Source of the DNA: Amphiscolops sp. MND2022
Taxonomy: Eukaryota
Direction: 5' to 3'
NCBI GenBank assembly: GCA_964187785.1
Contig: OZ076409.1
Location: 83,330,001-83,394,000 of the forward strand
DNA: 64,000 nucleotides
Numbering within the stretch: position 1 is the first letter of the stretch; every line of letters starts with the position of its first letter. The notes beneath the pieces were generated by a model that saw only the letters and a program-made list of their open reading frames with translations, was not told the origin of the DNA and did no database searches. Positions 52,701-62,801 of the stretch are shown piece after piece. The translations under genes and the position numbers were made by a program.

Positions 52701-53851
52701 TACATATAAAGCCTTTAGATTCCTTCTCTTTTCAATCTATTGTTCCATTCGAATCAAAATATAAAAGGCCTACAAAAAAACAAGCAAAATCTCTTTTACA
52801 ACAATCGGCAATTCTTAATGATACTGACATTCTTAGTGATGAAGATGAAATAACACCACCAAATAAGATCCAACAACAAAACTCGAACATAGTAAAAGAA
52901 CATACCCTTGCTATACAATATCCTACCAAATCTGACTATTGTACACAACAAGTTCCATTTTTTGATCCGTCTTTTTTCAAATACAAAAAGTATTTTAATT
53001 ACTTCTTTCTACCAGAAGATACACAAATTACTATTGAAACAATAAAAACTCAACAAAATCAAGATACTGTTTTACAAAAGGTTTACCAATGGATACTTAA
53101 AAATGAAAGACCCTTACAAATAGACCCAACAATTGCAGCTAACTCTTTCTTATTAGTATATTACAAACTCTTCAACCAATTGTATATTAATCATGATACA
53201 AAAATTTTTCACATAGATTATCCTAATCTTCACGATTCCAACCCGAATCAAAGAGACAAAATATGTTTACCATTTAAACTTTTCCACACAGCTTTTAACA
53301 AACTCCATGCTCATGGACATTCAGGAATAAAAATATCCATCAAAGCTTTCAACCAATTTTACTTCATACCGTACCTAAATAAATGGATGTCAATATTCAT
53401 CCATGATTGCATTGAATGTCAACAAAATAAACATATCAACCAAAAATTACAAACTGCATCTATACAAACCTTCTCAGAAAATGCTTCATATTTTAATTAC
53501 AGAATATCAATGGATACAAAAGGACCTATAAACCCACCATCAAATCAAAATTCATACATTCACGTTATAGTAGACGCTTTTAGTCACTTTGTAGTAACAG
53601 TACCCATAAAACAAAATAATGCTCAAAACGCTGTTAACTCATTACTACATCATTGGATAACAAAATTTGGACCTCCTGTATACCTAGTTACCGACCGTGG
53701 AACAGAATACATTAATTCAGAATTTGCAAATCTTTGTACTACAATGGGAATTAGACATTCACCAAGATCTCCTTATGCACCATGGACAAATGGTTTAGTT
53801 GAAAATCAAAACAGAAATCTTGGAACTCATCTTAAGACTTTTCTTACATAA
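46787..53851 (+). CDS. gag-pol: Gag-Pol polyprotein in one frame (CA, CCHC knuckle, RS-rich tract, protease, RT, RNase H, integrase core)
   Basis: CA-like PFDG...ALDWY...IFTKGL and knuckle CSYCHKNNHSISNC (49307). Protease LLDTGAS (50063) and RT YIDD (51677). RNase H TVDAS / ELLA / TDHKPL / ADMLSR. Integrase HAHGH...CIEC with SMDTKG / TDRGTEY / GLVE catalytic triad. Confidence 0.97.
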   Translation: MSSTTTPLPFQTPTIKNAKVVKLELNPFLQNILSHYTQPLPFENEPHTIETIPLIREHLDTYLFYIRYKVLTITEEYPTFQISFPQQKFNSSHIYRRTINPINLQVPIKQVFHAFLNNVKDHNLAHEIPKYSPNALDDLQRYIDNFDVETIETLVNPEDNPHHWLQTDILQIQNFIYHYFKDLTLNNQTIPQIKVISLFLRKYFRFYYQLLWSQQDQPAFTEFPDQFTSEECLPFIISEQNEHPYFHKPQLITKQTLDYIRFDPLLITENDLFPDNRPYHYQQNSQDQQNLHFNTNNSTEDDNTDQENTTQQQNQPENYNDNEFTTQESTISTHNPSQTGTSTSVHTYSFRVPTRVINQGQNIHSPQSHLDTSPNRNITFNLPHTDDINDETHDTLQYDTMTTSSAHNTSVNVASPTRTTSDSTRYITRPRYDPPSIPSAFRSNRSTTSSNNFNDNPQTSNRYYDPFNYNFYPPSDTTTNTNISQNHSQINTISTTQNPFIQLSNTNTSQNIHSQNRGTSCTSNSYSNITQNSQRRLHNPPLTHIPTDPLYQTQSNPNLNPNPNPLPSNTIQHIPPPLTQQLAPPPQYFPMPQDTFINMSASIPEPMKPFDGLDHSYTPEEYLQQVEARLTFAIGEEPQNNPIKYKSWHNRRMAYIQCSLIGTALDWYTNLHISYKQQWNSFVQLFKKQFSSQKTAYYAQVEAMSLMKKDNETVRHFALRVQQLVKKGRCNENAATINLKNNEIFTKGLPKKLKDFAHKRQVKHVSTLLEPSIPFHTLVRHVDSEDIANEKIRTNDLALEINKVSLEEDTNKKEFEYEDQIMVTQTGDPNNKSKPAYRKYCSYCHKNNHSISNCYQKQRDDEYQKYNNQRSRTPQQSFVQYFRSKPNNPQENRNENTNSYSSDNDRNKYNQNYYNDRYKNNDRYRSNSREYSQNNYRSNSRQRYHNRSRSPYRSRFDNYYQRRTPSRSPYRSPYRNNSNYRYNSRSRYRSRSQSQGNSFKRYNYPYRSPSRPRDFRSRSRTPSRNRQQNRINQVDVKTPKENDSTKFEIHTCQMTEIANTITPYSWFYPLYIHASETNDNILPSKLEILFLLDTGASISVLNLPTFHVISKQLNINVPTNIQNKRAKTLTVANQTEVPIIHYISMTCFTEVNHKTRSFNINFAVANIKYNILGTPFFKKHIQNIDFQQNIMTYTEQHPKLSTKTTFSTFTEKDYPYISYIYTIKCKEPIHFKPRSGKTIHFPIKNYSNLHFELEDNTKFYPTNPYTHFLQKFKNIFHFLDMIVNEKSKDSCATIIQNFTSYPATLPQGIIGYIEIPITQTTPPHYRVNDVNSLIHSVIHAYHPDTTTPIKQNPYTDMNLCTRVIPQSLLEINKIEINDQTLQLPIPSVTGNLRPSDKIRKDFPPLPYSTENQQFIKKFNFEYSDLTDTEYVNLCNILINNQNCYAKHKNDVGKISTPFRIRIKDNCKLHTQRPSKVPIHYRDRLNKLLLELEKYNIIKQIGSTTDEKHTIGTTFLNPLIIIPKGDAIKVVLDARHLNSNTNQELESWPIEPLAPQLARANKKYKSTIDLMYAYAHTPLDEETNKLTGFSSGDKLYAFIRGFYGLKGLPNFFTKQMSTFFRSLIDKRSALVYIDDILLLANEKQEMFELIKELHTIASRENLKLAPEKSFYMLLKVKFFGHEIGNNTIKPIPSKIEAIKRIPSPKEKKDVMQFLGSVNFYSKFIEKLHINLKPLYTLLHDDVKFQWTPELEKLFQNVKNAMTADTELTIPNTTHPFFITVDASLVGLGAVLFQMNEENKMKVISYNSRILNTQEQKLSTLDRELLAIVYALQIYEFLIIGSPHPIYLFTDHKPLLHCFAKKGNLSPRFYRAQMQLTKSSKLKIIHTPGKNLTVADMLSRTFTKEQLQEHQLRHKQFPPQIDFSIMKDNQLKPVHYLVKHEEIKYNQKNDCHPILADYGDDQFSIRINNKGEDIHIKPLDSFSFQSIVPFESKYKRPTKKQAKSLLQQSAILNDTDILSDEDEITPPNKIQQQNSNIVKEHTLAIQYPTKSDYCTQQVPFFDPSFFKYKKYFNYFFLPEDTQITIETIKTQQNQDTVLQKVYQWILKNERPLQIDPTIAANSFLLVYYKLFNQLYINHDTKIFHIDYPNLHDSNPNQRDKICLPFKLFHTAFNKLHAHGHSGIKISIKAFNQFYFIPYLNKWMSIFIHDCIECQQNKHINQKLQTASIQTFSENASYFNYRISMDTKGPINPPSNQNSYIHVIVDAFSHFVVTVPIKQNNAQNAVNSLLHHWITKFGPPVYLVTDRGTEYINSEFANLCTTMGIRHSPRSPYAPWTNGLVENQNRNLGTHLKTFLT

Positions 53852-54831
53852 CACTCCAGAAAATTGGTCAACTCAAGTCCATATGTATGCTTATGCACAT
53901 AATTCACAACCACTTTCTGAATTAAACTTATCTCCATATGAAATAGTATTCCATACTATACCCAGAATTTCCATCAACTTTGAACTCAATCTCCAAAGAG
54001 ATACATATAGAAATTGTACTTCTCAATATTGTCAAGAGCTACCACTTCATACACACTATGACAAATCAAATCTAAACCCTTTCTTTCATAAAATTTTATC
54101 TAAACCATTTCCACAATGGATCTTAGCTACTGAAACTGCCATGATACAGATATAACATACGGTATATGAAAACACAAAAAGAAAGATTAATTCCTATGCT
54201 TATTTTAACAAAACATATCACAATCCAAGACCCTTAGATATTGGTACATTTGTACTAAAAAGAAATTTTCTCCATGTTCATTTTTCCGATAAATTAAAAC
54301 CTCTCAGAATTGGCCCATTCAAAATTATTAACAAACTCTCCGATATAACATACGAAATTGTTAATCAAGATGGTTGAACATCGCACATACATAGAAATCA
54401 TTTAATTCCTTATTATCCAAAAGAACCAGTTATTTTCCCTTTCATACAACAATATAACCCTCATTTAGTTAATGACTGTCATTCAAAATTCAAATACAAA
54501 TGATCAAATAATTAACTCTGATGAAGACAAATTTACAGACGAAAAACAATTTCCTTCCACAACATTTAATAAAGGAACGGATATACCATCCACGATTGAC
54601 TTACAATCAGAACCATTTAACCAATATTCTTCATTTCCATATAAACAAAAAGAACAAATTCCTCAAAATACCTCCCTGGATAACCAATCAGATATTCATG
54701 ATTATGACAATTTTATTAATCCCCGAAGACACCCCTATAATAGATACAATTTCCGCCCACAACCAAGAAAAGACTACCGACTCTTCCTTGGTGAAAAGGA
54801 TATAATTTCACTTTCTCAAAAATCCTGCTGA
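53799..54831 (+). pseudogene. pol: Disrupted integrase C-terminus of the same pol
   Basis: A +1 frameshift near 53834 and in-frame stops TAA 54153 and TGA 54375 flank KLKPLRIGPFKII (GPY/F motif). A further shift leads into 54472-54831, which contains YNFRPQPRKDY near its end. Confidence 0.88.
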
Positions 54832-55000
54832 AATACGGAATACAGAAAGAAATACACATAAAGAAAGTTTGAAAGAAAGAAAAAGTTTGAAGCTTAGAAC
54901 GAAAATAAATGAAATTTATTTTACGAATGAGAATAAAAGAAAGAAATCCTAATTGATATAAAACTATAACTATTTTACAAGCTGAAACTAACTATCATAA

Positions 55001-56470
55001 CACAACGATTTCAAAATTGATAGACATATTCACTCACCATCATCAACTACAAATAACTCTTCTTCTAGTTCAACACATTCACTCCAAAGATTACCTGAAT
55101 ATACAGCATATTTAAACTCAGATACAGACATACTGGATTCCTCATCCTCAAATCCCAGTCCATCCGCTCAATATACTCCTGATAGAGTACCAACAACACC
55201 CACTAATACACCTATATCCCAAACTCAACCACAAATATTAACAACTCAATCACAACCTAGTTCACGAAATCTAACATTTTTAGAAACGAATTCACCACTT
55301 TCTGACTCTAATGATGAAACACCTACAATACCAAATACACAAGATACTTCAGATATTTTGAATAGACCTCCTCTTCCACCGATTACTACCACTCGTTCTA
55401 TTCATATCCCTGATCCTAACTCAGTATTACAATACATAAATTCTTGTCCACACAAAGTACCAACTGCAACGAAAACAAAAAGAAAAACTCCTTTACCAAC
55501 ATTACCACAAAATCTTGATTTACCATCATCAAGTAATATTCCAATAACATTTTTACCAGAACCTTCATTAAAATCACCAACGAAAAAATCACAACAATAC
55601 CCAACTCCTTCACCATCGGAACTAAGTTCCTTCACATTTTCTCAAATATATCCCAAGCTTGAATTACAACGTGTACATTCAACAACTACCTCTTCATTAA
55701 CAGACTTATATCATAAAGATAAAGACTCTGACTCAACTGCTAGTACTAGAGTACCAAGACATAATTATAACCTTCGATCTCAACAACAAAGAAATTCTCA
55801 AGAATTACAATCCTTAACTAGCTCAAGTACAAATTCAAGACTACTTCGACAACACGCCCAACCCAGATTGGACACTTCTTCTCTTTCCTCATCTCAGCCC
55901 ACTATACCATCTTCTCTATCACTACCATTTCAAATCACATCAGGATTTGAAACAGCCTCTCTTATTTCTGAAGAGCCAGCAACTATATCAGATAGCGCAG
56001 CTAATTTTTCACGAGTTTACTCACCTAGTTCAATAGCCTCAAACTCCTCTATACAATTACCTGAATATTTTTTAGAAGACTTCTCAAGACCTCCATCGCC
56101 AAATCCTCACGAATATCCTATTCGTGTTAACTCAAAAATTGTTCGCACGCTTAACGAAGATCCTCGATACACGGTATTACCTGCAAGATTTATAAACAAT
56201 ATTTCACTCTCAACTCAAAGAAAACAAAGAGAACTACGAAGATTACAAGAACAACAACTCACATTAAAATTTGAAGTAGAAGTCACATTCAACTCGTTAG
56301 GACCTCATCCATTCTCTCTTTCAACAAGAGTAGCACATAAAACAACCCCATCACCATTCATTGTTACCTCCATTTCCTACCTTTGTGACGCCGATTTACC
56401 TGAGATTAGAACAGGACACATAAACTTTTTTAATCCCTACTCAGGACTCAATTATAGATCAATATTTTAA
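55001..56470 (+). CDS. Accessory ORF A between pol and env, Ser/Thr/Pro-rich with a probably folded C-terminus
   Basis: The frame is open from 55001 to 56470 (~490 codons), longer than the tracked 55358 TTG start. It has no ATG; AAAATTGAT at ~55013 may be a mutated AAAATGGAT, or the ORF is reached by splicing. Confidence 0.7.
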   Translation, partial: HNDFKIDRHIHSPSSTTNNSSSSSTHSLQRLPEYTAYLNSDTDILDSSSSNPSPSAQYTPDRVPTTPTNTPISQTQPQILTTQSQPSSRNLTFLETNSPLSDSNDETPTIPNTQDTSDILNRPPLPPITTTRSIHIPDPNSVLQYINSCPHKVPTATKTKRKTPLPTLPQNLDLPSSSNIPITFLPEPSLKSPTKKSQQYPTPSPSELSSFTFSQIYPKLELQRVHSTTTSSLTDLYHKDKDSDSTASTRVPRHNYNLRSQQQRNSQELQSLTSSSTNSRLLRQHAQPRLDTSSLSSSQPTIPSSLSLPFQITSGFETASLISEEPATISDSAANFSRVYSPSSIASNSSIQLPEYFLEDFSRPPSPNPHEYPIRVNSKIVRTLNEDPRYTVLPARFINNISLSTQRKQRELRRLQEQQLTLKFEVEVTFNSLGPHPFSLSTRVAHKTTPSPFIVTSISYLCDADLPEIRTGHINFFNPYSGLNYRSIF

Positions 56471-56472
56471 CC

Positions 56473-59048
56473 ATGAACCAAATCACCTTTACCTTTCATT
56501 TAATATATATAATACAAGTTGTTAAATACACGTAAATAATAAATATAGTTCACTCTTTAGTTCTTCCTTCAACTGTTCCCAAAGTTGACACCACCAATTC
56601 CGAAAATCATATTTCAGACCAAGATCCTAACATTTTAAACTTAATGGTATCTCATTATGATTGTGCAAAACAAAACAACCTAAGACAATTCAGTTTATTA
56701 AACGTAGAACCATGTAAACAAGCACCCTCAGATATACAACACACAAAAACCCAAGCAACAATTTACGTTAGAGCAAAAGCCAAAAGAATAAAAGCCTTTA
56801 AATGTGAAGCATATATAAAGACTGAGAAAGTCTGGTGTTCACAAACATTCACATCTAGTAGACGATATGATCGTTTACAATGGGGACAAAACACATTAGA
56901 ACTTCCAAAAATATTGGACCCTATTGAATGCAAAATTATGATCAGATATTTAAACGCGACTGATAGCGAAGAATTAAACAACTACAATATACAAAGCTCT
57001 TTCTCATTGTTCGATGATAGTAATTATCAAAACAAAATTGAACGAATTCAGACACCATTTAGAGTAAAAAAATAAATACATGGCATATTGGAACCTTCGT
57101 ATTTGACGAAAATTATCCTGATTGGATAGTTAATGTTACACAAAATACATACTCTAGATGTCGATCAGACCGCGAACATTTAATCACCCGACAAAGTTGG
57201 AAACTTAGAATTGTTAACACCGCAATAGATTATGACGATAAAAACAATCAATTAATACATGACGGACACATATTACCATGTTATCATTCAGAAGGATTTT
57301 GTAAACCAACGACCAAAACTCCATATACATTAACATGGTTTGATGAAAAATTTTGCCTCATATTTCAACTTCAAGAATTCATTGGTAGAATGACACGAAT
57401 CAAAGATAGATATTGGATAGAAACCGATACCTTTATTGAAACTTCAAACATCACACAAAAACTTCAAACCGAAGGAATACAAGGAACAAAATACCCTAAT
57501 ATAAAAACACTAAAATCAAAAGTAAGCAATCCAAGCCTTTCCCGATTTGAAATATACCCAATTGCACAAACTTTCTGTGGAAAACCTGAACCATTATTTT
57601 CAACACAATATGATGACATCTTTGTTACATACTTAGATGGTTTTGATATGAACACAGGATTACCAAAACCACACTCAATAATTGACCAAACAAATAGTGG
57701 AAATATAAAATATGATGATTCAAACAAAAGGTATATATTCCCTGCATTGAATATATCAAACAATTTCGCCACTTTAGACTATGATGCCCACATTAATACA
57801 AAAATTGATTTCACAATAAATCATGTATTTAAATCCATGACAGTACAAGAATTAAACACCCTACATACAATATGTGAACTAGAAAGAACTCAACTGTTAA
57901 CAATACTAGCAATGTCAGTTAAAAATCCCCAATTAGCCGGTTTTCTTTTAACTGGAAATCGTAGTAACTTTCTCTACGTTGAAGGATCTACAGCATGGCT
58001 GTATGATTGCCCTCATTTTATATCACCACTATACAAGGTAGATAAATGCTTTGATAGAATTCCTATACACTACAGAGAAACGATAATGTATGTTGACCCA
58101 ATAACAAGACAAACTTTTAACTACGCAACACCAATTGAATGTGGAAATAACCCACAAAATATAATAGAATTAGATCCAGATTCTAACGACGGAGATTTTT
58201 ATGTGTTAACACCAGAACCACTCAAACGAGAAGCACCACAAATGTTTAAACCTACCCAAATTAAAACAACAATCACTCCTAATACATTTACCGCCCAAGA
58301 TGCCGGTATATACTCAAATGCAGAATTAGATCAATTCTGGAATAGAGTATTATTTGCTAAACATTCAGATACAACTCTTCAATTACTTGGAAAATCATTA
58401 AGCTATGATTTCATTTCAATGCATAACGAAAAACACTCATACTCACAACATAATCCCTACAATCATTTAAGGATTGGAGTACATGACCACTTTATAAATC
58501 TTTTACCACTTTTTAACCCTGACTGGTTCAGTCAAGCATTCATTAAATTTTTTGGATATCCATGTTATGTTTTAACCCAATGTGGAATTTATTTTTCAAC
58601 ATTCCTTTTCATTAGAGAAGTTTTAACATTTTTACTCAAATTCTACAGAACAATTAGCATAAAATATAATCTCCAAAGCAATATTTCTATTTTGAGTTCA
58701 ATAGCCCATGGATTTTTTAATATAGTTACTTCGGAAATGGTAACCGATTTAAATAATACAGGAAAACGAAAACGGATATATACTAAACACAAAATTACAA
58801 CAAGTGAAAATGATAATATCCTATTGCCGGAAAAAGAATTAAACAATAAACGAAGACACTCTGGTACTGACTCCCCTTATTTACCTCCTAAATATTCCAG
58901 TAAGAATTCAACATTTCAATCACCGCAAAAGACACACCCAACTAATGTAAACGATATTAATTCTCAGGACTATGACCCAATTATGTCAAATGTAATAGCT
59001 GTACCGGAAAGTCCTGCTAAAGTCTTTATAAAATTCAATCCCTCCTAA
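56473..59048 (+). pseudogene. env: env-like class III fusion glycoprotein (chuvirus G / herpesvirus gB type), ~858 codons, one stop and one frameshift
   Basis: ATG at 56473 with a hydrophobic leader interrupted by TAA at 56533. YDC...FSLLNVEPC...FKCE...VWCS, then a frameshift in the A-run at ~57066-57072. Continues LPCYHSEGFC, FCG...FSTQYDDIFV, HINTKIDF...ICELERTQLL...NPQLAG...EGSTAWLYDC...CFDRIPI...VDPITR...IEC and GIYSNAELD, then a TM segment and a basic tail. Several NxS/T sequons. Confidence 0.85.
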
Positions 59049-59469
59049 CTGAAAAGCAATAACGTAAAAAACAAATTAACCTCAAGAAAAGTTCACAAAA
59101 TTATCAACCAAATTCTTCTCAGTTTCAACTTTCATTCACATCCAAATTCTCACTCGGACCGGTCTCTCCTTTTCAACTCAACTCAACTCAACTCTCAACC
59201 AGAAGACATCAACTGGATTTTCAGTCCATCTAAACGACCGAAATCACAGAAGTTTCTATTCCTGGAATAGATGCCACTGTGATTGTTGATGTGTTCAACC
59301 CATCATTGACCCAGTATTCCCATATTGTAAGTACAATTTAAACTTTAATTTTAACAAACAATTTAATGGATAGAAAAGACATAACAAACATTTTCCTTAG
59401 TATTAGAAAAAATGTAACCAAATGTTATAATTATTATTTTAGCTCTACAAAAACACGCAAGTTTAAATA

Positions 59470-60762
59470 ATGGAATCCTTGCCCGAAATTGATGTAGTTA
59501 ATTCTAATCCCTCTGAATTGCTTGCAACCCCTTTGAATATAACTATTCAACAAAATGTTAACGAAGATAATAACTCTTCCTCCAACTCTCAAGATCCTAT
59601 AGAAAATATCCCTATTGAACAAGTAGATCATGTCAACACAAGATCTCAAAAAAGAAAGTACCCAGATATAACTGCAGATAAACCTTTTATGGAATCTGGC
59701 GCTTGCCCTCCTTTCATAAAACCAATTAAACAAGATGAAGATAGAGATTGTGAATTAGTTCCTATTCTCTCGTCAAAACAATTCACATTTCAATCTCAGT
59801 TAACTTCGTTATACATGATCTCAACAAAATACAAATTCATCATCAGAGAATTTAAAAATGATTATCATACATCAATTGCTTCAAAACTGATTACCCCATA
59901 TGATTGGTGGTTAAACAATAAAGTGAAAATTTTCTCACTTCAATACAACTTCCTCAGACCATCTCCATATGATCTCCGAACAGAAGAAAATGATGCAATT
60001 TTTTTGCCATATCAAATCAAAAAGGCCCACCATATGACTTATCAAAAGTTCCTTCAATATAAAGAGCCCGATAATTATATATTCTTCAACTCAAAATATA
60101 CATCGCCATTCACTTTCAACTCAGAATATTTATTAGATCATACCAAAACAAAAGGAAAACTTAGAAATTATGACCCACTGAAACAAAGTTTTCTCTTCCT
60201 TCCAAATGATAACCCAAAAAGACCAATCATTGTTCCACAAGAATACCTCATTCTAAACGACGATTCGTTACTACAAGAAGATATACCTCAACATATATCT
60301 GATCCTCTTCCTCCACTTCAACAAATAGCCTCTCAACCATTGGGAGACTGTGAAAAGTCTTATTTTCACGCAATGATCAAAAAGGGATATTCAAACAATG
60401 AATTAATTTTCATTATTTCCCACTTGCTTTCACTTCTTACAAATGGAAATCACAAAGAATATAAAAAGGCAAAACAAGAATCGCCTAAGAAAACCAAAAA
60501 TGATATTCCTCAACCACAAAGCTTTCGCCCAACAGATGAATTACAGAAATATACAGAAATTCTGAATATCATAAAACCGTATCATCATCCAAACCGAGAT
60601 ATTCTTATAACAATCGCTGAAATCGTAAATACCCTTGAACAAGCTCGAAGCATAATACAAAATATCGTATTTGATACGACAAGAATTAGCCAATCAGCTT
60701 TGTGCATTCGCACATCTTTAGATGAATTCAACTACACTATTGAAAAAATGCATCGATCTTAA
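59470..60762 (+). CDS. Accessory ORF B (430 aa), unknown function
   Basis: Intact ATG ORF downstream of env and inside the LTRs, with basic clusters SQKRKY and KKAKQESPKK. Confidence 0.8.
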   Translation: MESLPEIDVVNSNPSELLATPLNITIQQNVNEDNNSSSNSQDPIENIPIEQVDHVNTRSQKRKYPDITADKPFMESGACPPFIKPIKQDEDRDCELVPILSSKQFTFQSQLTSLYMISTKYKFIIREFKNDYHTSIASKLITPYDWWLNNKVKIFSLQYNFLRPSPYDLRTEENDAIFLPYQIKKAHHMTYQKFLQYKEPDNYIFFNSKYTSPFTFNSEYLLDHTKTKGKLRNYDPLKQSFLFLPNDNPKRPIIVPQEYLILNDDSLLQEDIPQHISDPLPPLQQIASQPLGDCEKSYFHAMIKKGYSNNELIFIISHLLSLLTNGNHKEYKKAKQESPKKTKNDIPQPQSFRPTDELQKYTEILNIIKPYHHPNRDILITIAEIVNTLEQARSIIQNIVFDTTRISQSALCIRTSLDEFNYTIEKMHRS

Positions 60763-61283
60763 CTGGTAATTATGGGATAATAGCTTTAAAGTTATTAACA
60801 CTTATCACTTAATCTTTTAACAACCTGTCAAAAATAATTGAATCTACACGCATATGCCTGCTATGCATGAATTTAATACTTACTTGATGTTAAAATACAT
60901 TTTTAAAATGAAATAACATAAAAATTTCAATCACGACATAAAAATTTTCAACGAAATTCTTCAATTGCTCCTCCTTTTAATGGACCGATTTCAACAAATA
61001 AGTACTTATATGAAAGATATTTAAATACCTTTCAAAAGACTTCCAAAATACAACAACTTAATACTTAAAATTAAAAAGTTATAACATCACAAAATTCAAT
61101 AAAAAATTGTCAACTACGAAATTCTATTTTCAAAGGAACTTTATTGTAAACAAACTAATCTATTTTAGGAGAATATCGTCACAACTGCTTCTTCCGCATT
61201 CCTTCCTTCTCTCAGGTCACCCATTCAGGAAGAATTCCGAAGTATCCTCTACAGCTTTCAACGAAATTTTCTCATTCTTCAAT

Positions 61284-61760
61284 ATGACAACTATCCACTC
61301 TGGCGACATTGACTGCCCGATAGCTCCTTTCCTTTCAATCTCTTCAGCTCGAAGGCGATCCTTGATCCTGAAAAAGCATTTAACGACATTAAATGCGCAG
61401 CTTCGAACAGAAAAAAAGGCTGACCCACATCTCACAAGGATGATATTGCTTAATATGTTCCAAATATTCCAAATAACAAGAATAAATTTCGACCAATATC
61501 TCCATATTCATAAACATCCTGACACTTATTCAACTCAAAAGGATGCCACTACACAAACGGAACATACTACAATCAAACCCAAGCGTTTACTACGAACCCT
61601 ATCCAATAGAATGCGTTCCGAAATGGGAAAACAACGTCTAAATTCATATTGGCCCTCAGATGACAATGATGACACTGACGAAGACCTTCAAAAAGATCCC
61701 CCAGAAGCACTTTTAGACGATAACTATCCACATAAAACATATACTTACGTTTCCTTCTAA
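61284..61760 (+). CDS. Accessory ORF C (158 aa from first ATG), basic core and acidic tail
   Basis: The frame is open from 61107 and the first ATG is at 61284. Contains SARRRSLILKK and SDDNDDTDED. Preceded by pyrimidine-AG acceptor-like sites at 61168 and 61215. Confidence 0.6.
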   Translation: MTTIHSGDIDCPIAPFLSISSARRRSLILKKHLTTLNAQLRTEKKADPHLTRMILLNMFQIFQITRINFDQYLHIHKHPDTYSTQKDATTQTEHTTIKPKRLLRTLSNRMRSEMGKQRLNSYWPSDDNDDTDEDLQKDPPEALLDDNYPHKTYTYVSF

Positions 61761-62786
61761 CATCAACAGACGCCACCAACAGCACCCGTCAACTCTCATC
61801 TTCGAATTCCACATCTTCTACGAGCAACAGATCAGCACCCATCTTCAATTTCATCGCCGCCCAACCGTTGCCCACCTTCATTCATCTGCTGACCCTTCTT
61901 CTTCCATCTTCCCATCGTCCATCATCACCCACATGCTCAGCCGAAGATGATCGATAATTAACAATAAAGAAAACTCAAAGAAAAAACACTGTGCATGATA
62001 ACATTTCGAAAAGTTTCAAACTCATCTAATATTTAAAGAATTCAAACTTTTACCGAAATTATTCATTATGTAGTAACTATTTCAAATTTCATCCCCACCC
62101 ATATTTATTTGCCCAAAAATCTTTTATTCATACCCATACCGATATTTATTTGCTTTATTTTTAAAGAATAATTAGTAATAATTATTATTTTTCGGTGCTA
62201 TCCTATCCAAAAAATTCACAAATATTATCAACAAATCTTTTCAAATTTCAACAAAACCAACTCAAAATCAGATCAAGCACATTGTTCAGATCAAATTTGA
62301 ATAATGACAGACCCAAATTCTCAAAGTTTTCAACATTTGTTACATAACAAACCCGCCAAAGTTAATCACAACCTGAAATTTTTTCAAACGTATTTCACGT
62401 TCAAAAATTTTTCTTTCTCAACAATATTATTTCCTTGACTCTTTGACCTTTAACTCGTATGATGTTTGCTCACGTTTGTTCAATGCGAAGTTCATTCAAG
62501 ACTTCAACAGAAGCATAAAATTGAGCATCTACCAGTTCAAAAAACAAGCCGACGAAAGCATAGTGAAAAAGAACACTTTGACGCTTTTTGAACTGTAGTC
62601 GCACCTACGAGGTGTCAATCAAAATTTTGACAATTCGAGGTACACCAATGAGTCGAACTACACCACTTTTAACGAGACTTATGCCAATCATACATCAAAT
62701 GAAAAATGTTAACTAGCTGAAACGCTAAGAACATTTAAACAAAAAATTTTTTCTTCATTTCATGATGCTACTTTAGATTTTTATTT

Positions 62787-62801
62787 AAAAACCGGGATGG
62801 A
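62787..62801 (+). promoter_or_regulatory. Putative polypurine tract
   Basis: Purine-rich AAAAACCGGGATGGA directly abutting the 3' LTR TG; imperfect. Confidence 0.55.

Noticed and set aside
53799..53851. Programmed frameshift in integrase
   Set aside because: It falls inside the catalytic core region, has no slippery heptamer, and is accompanied by nearby stops. Decay or sequencing error is more likely.
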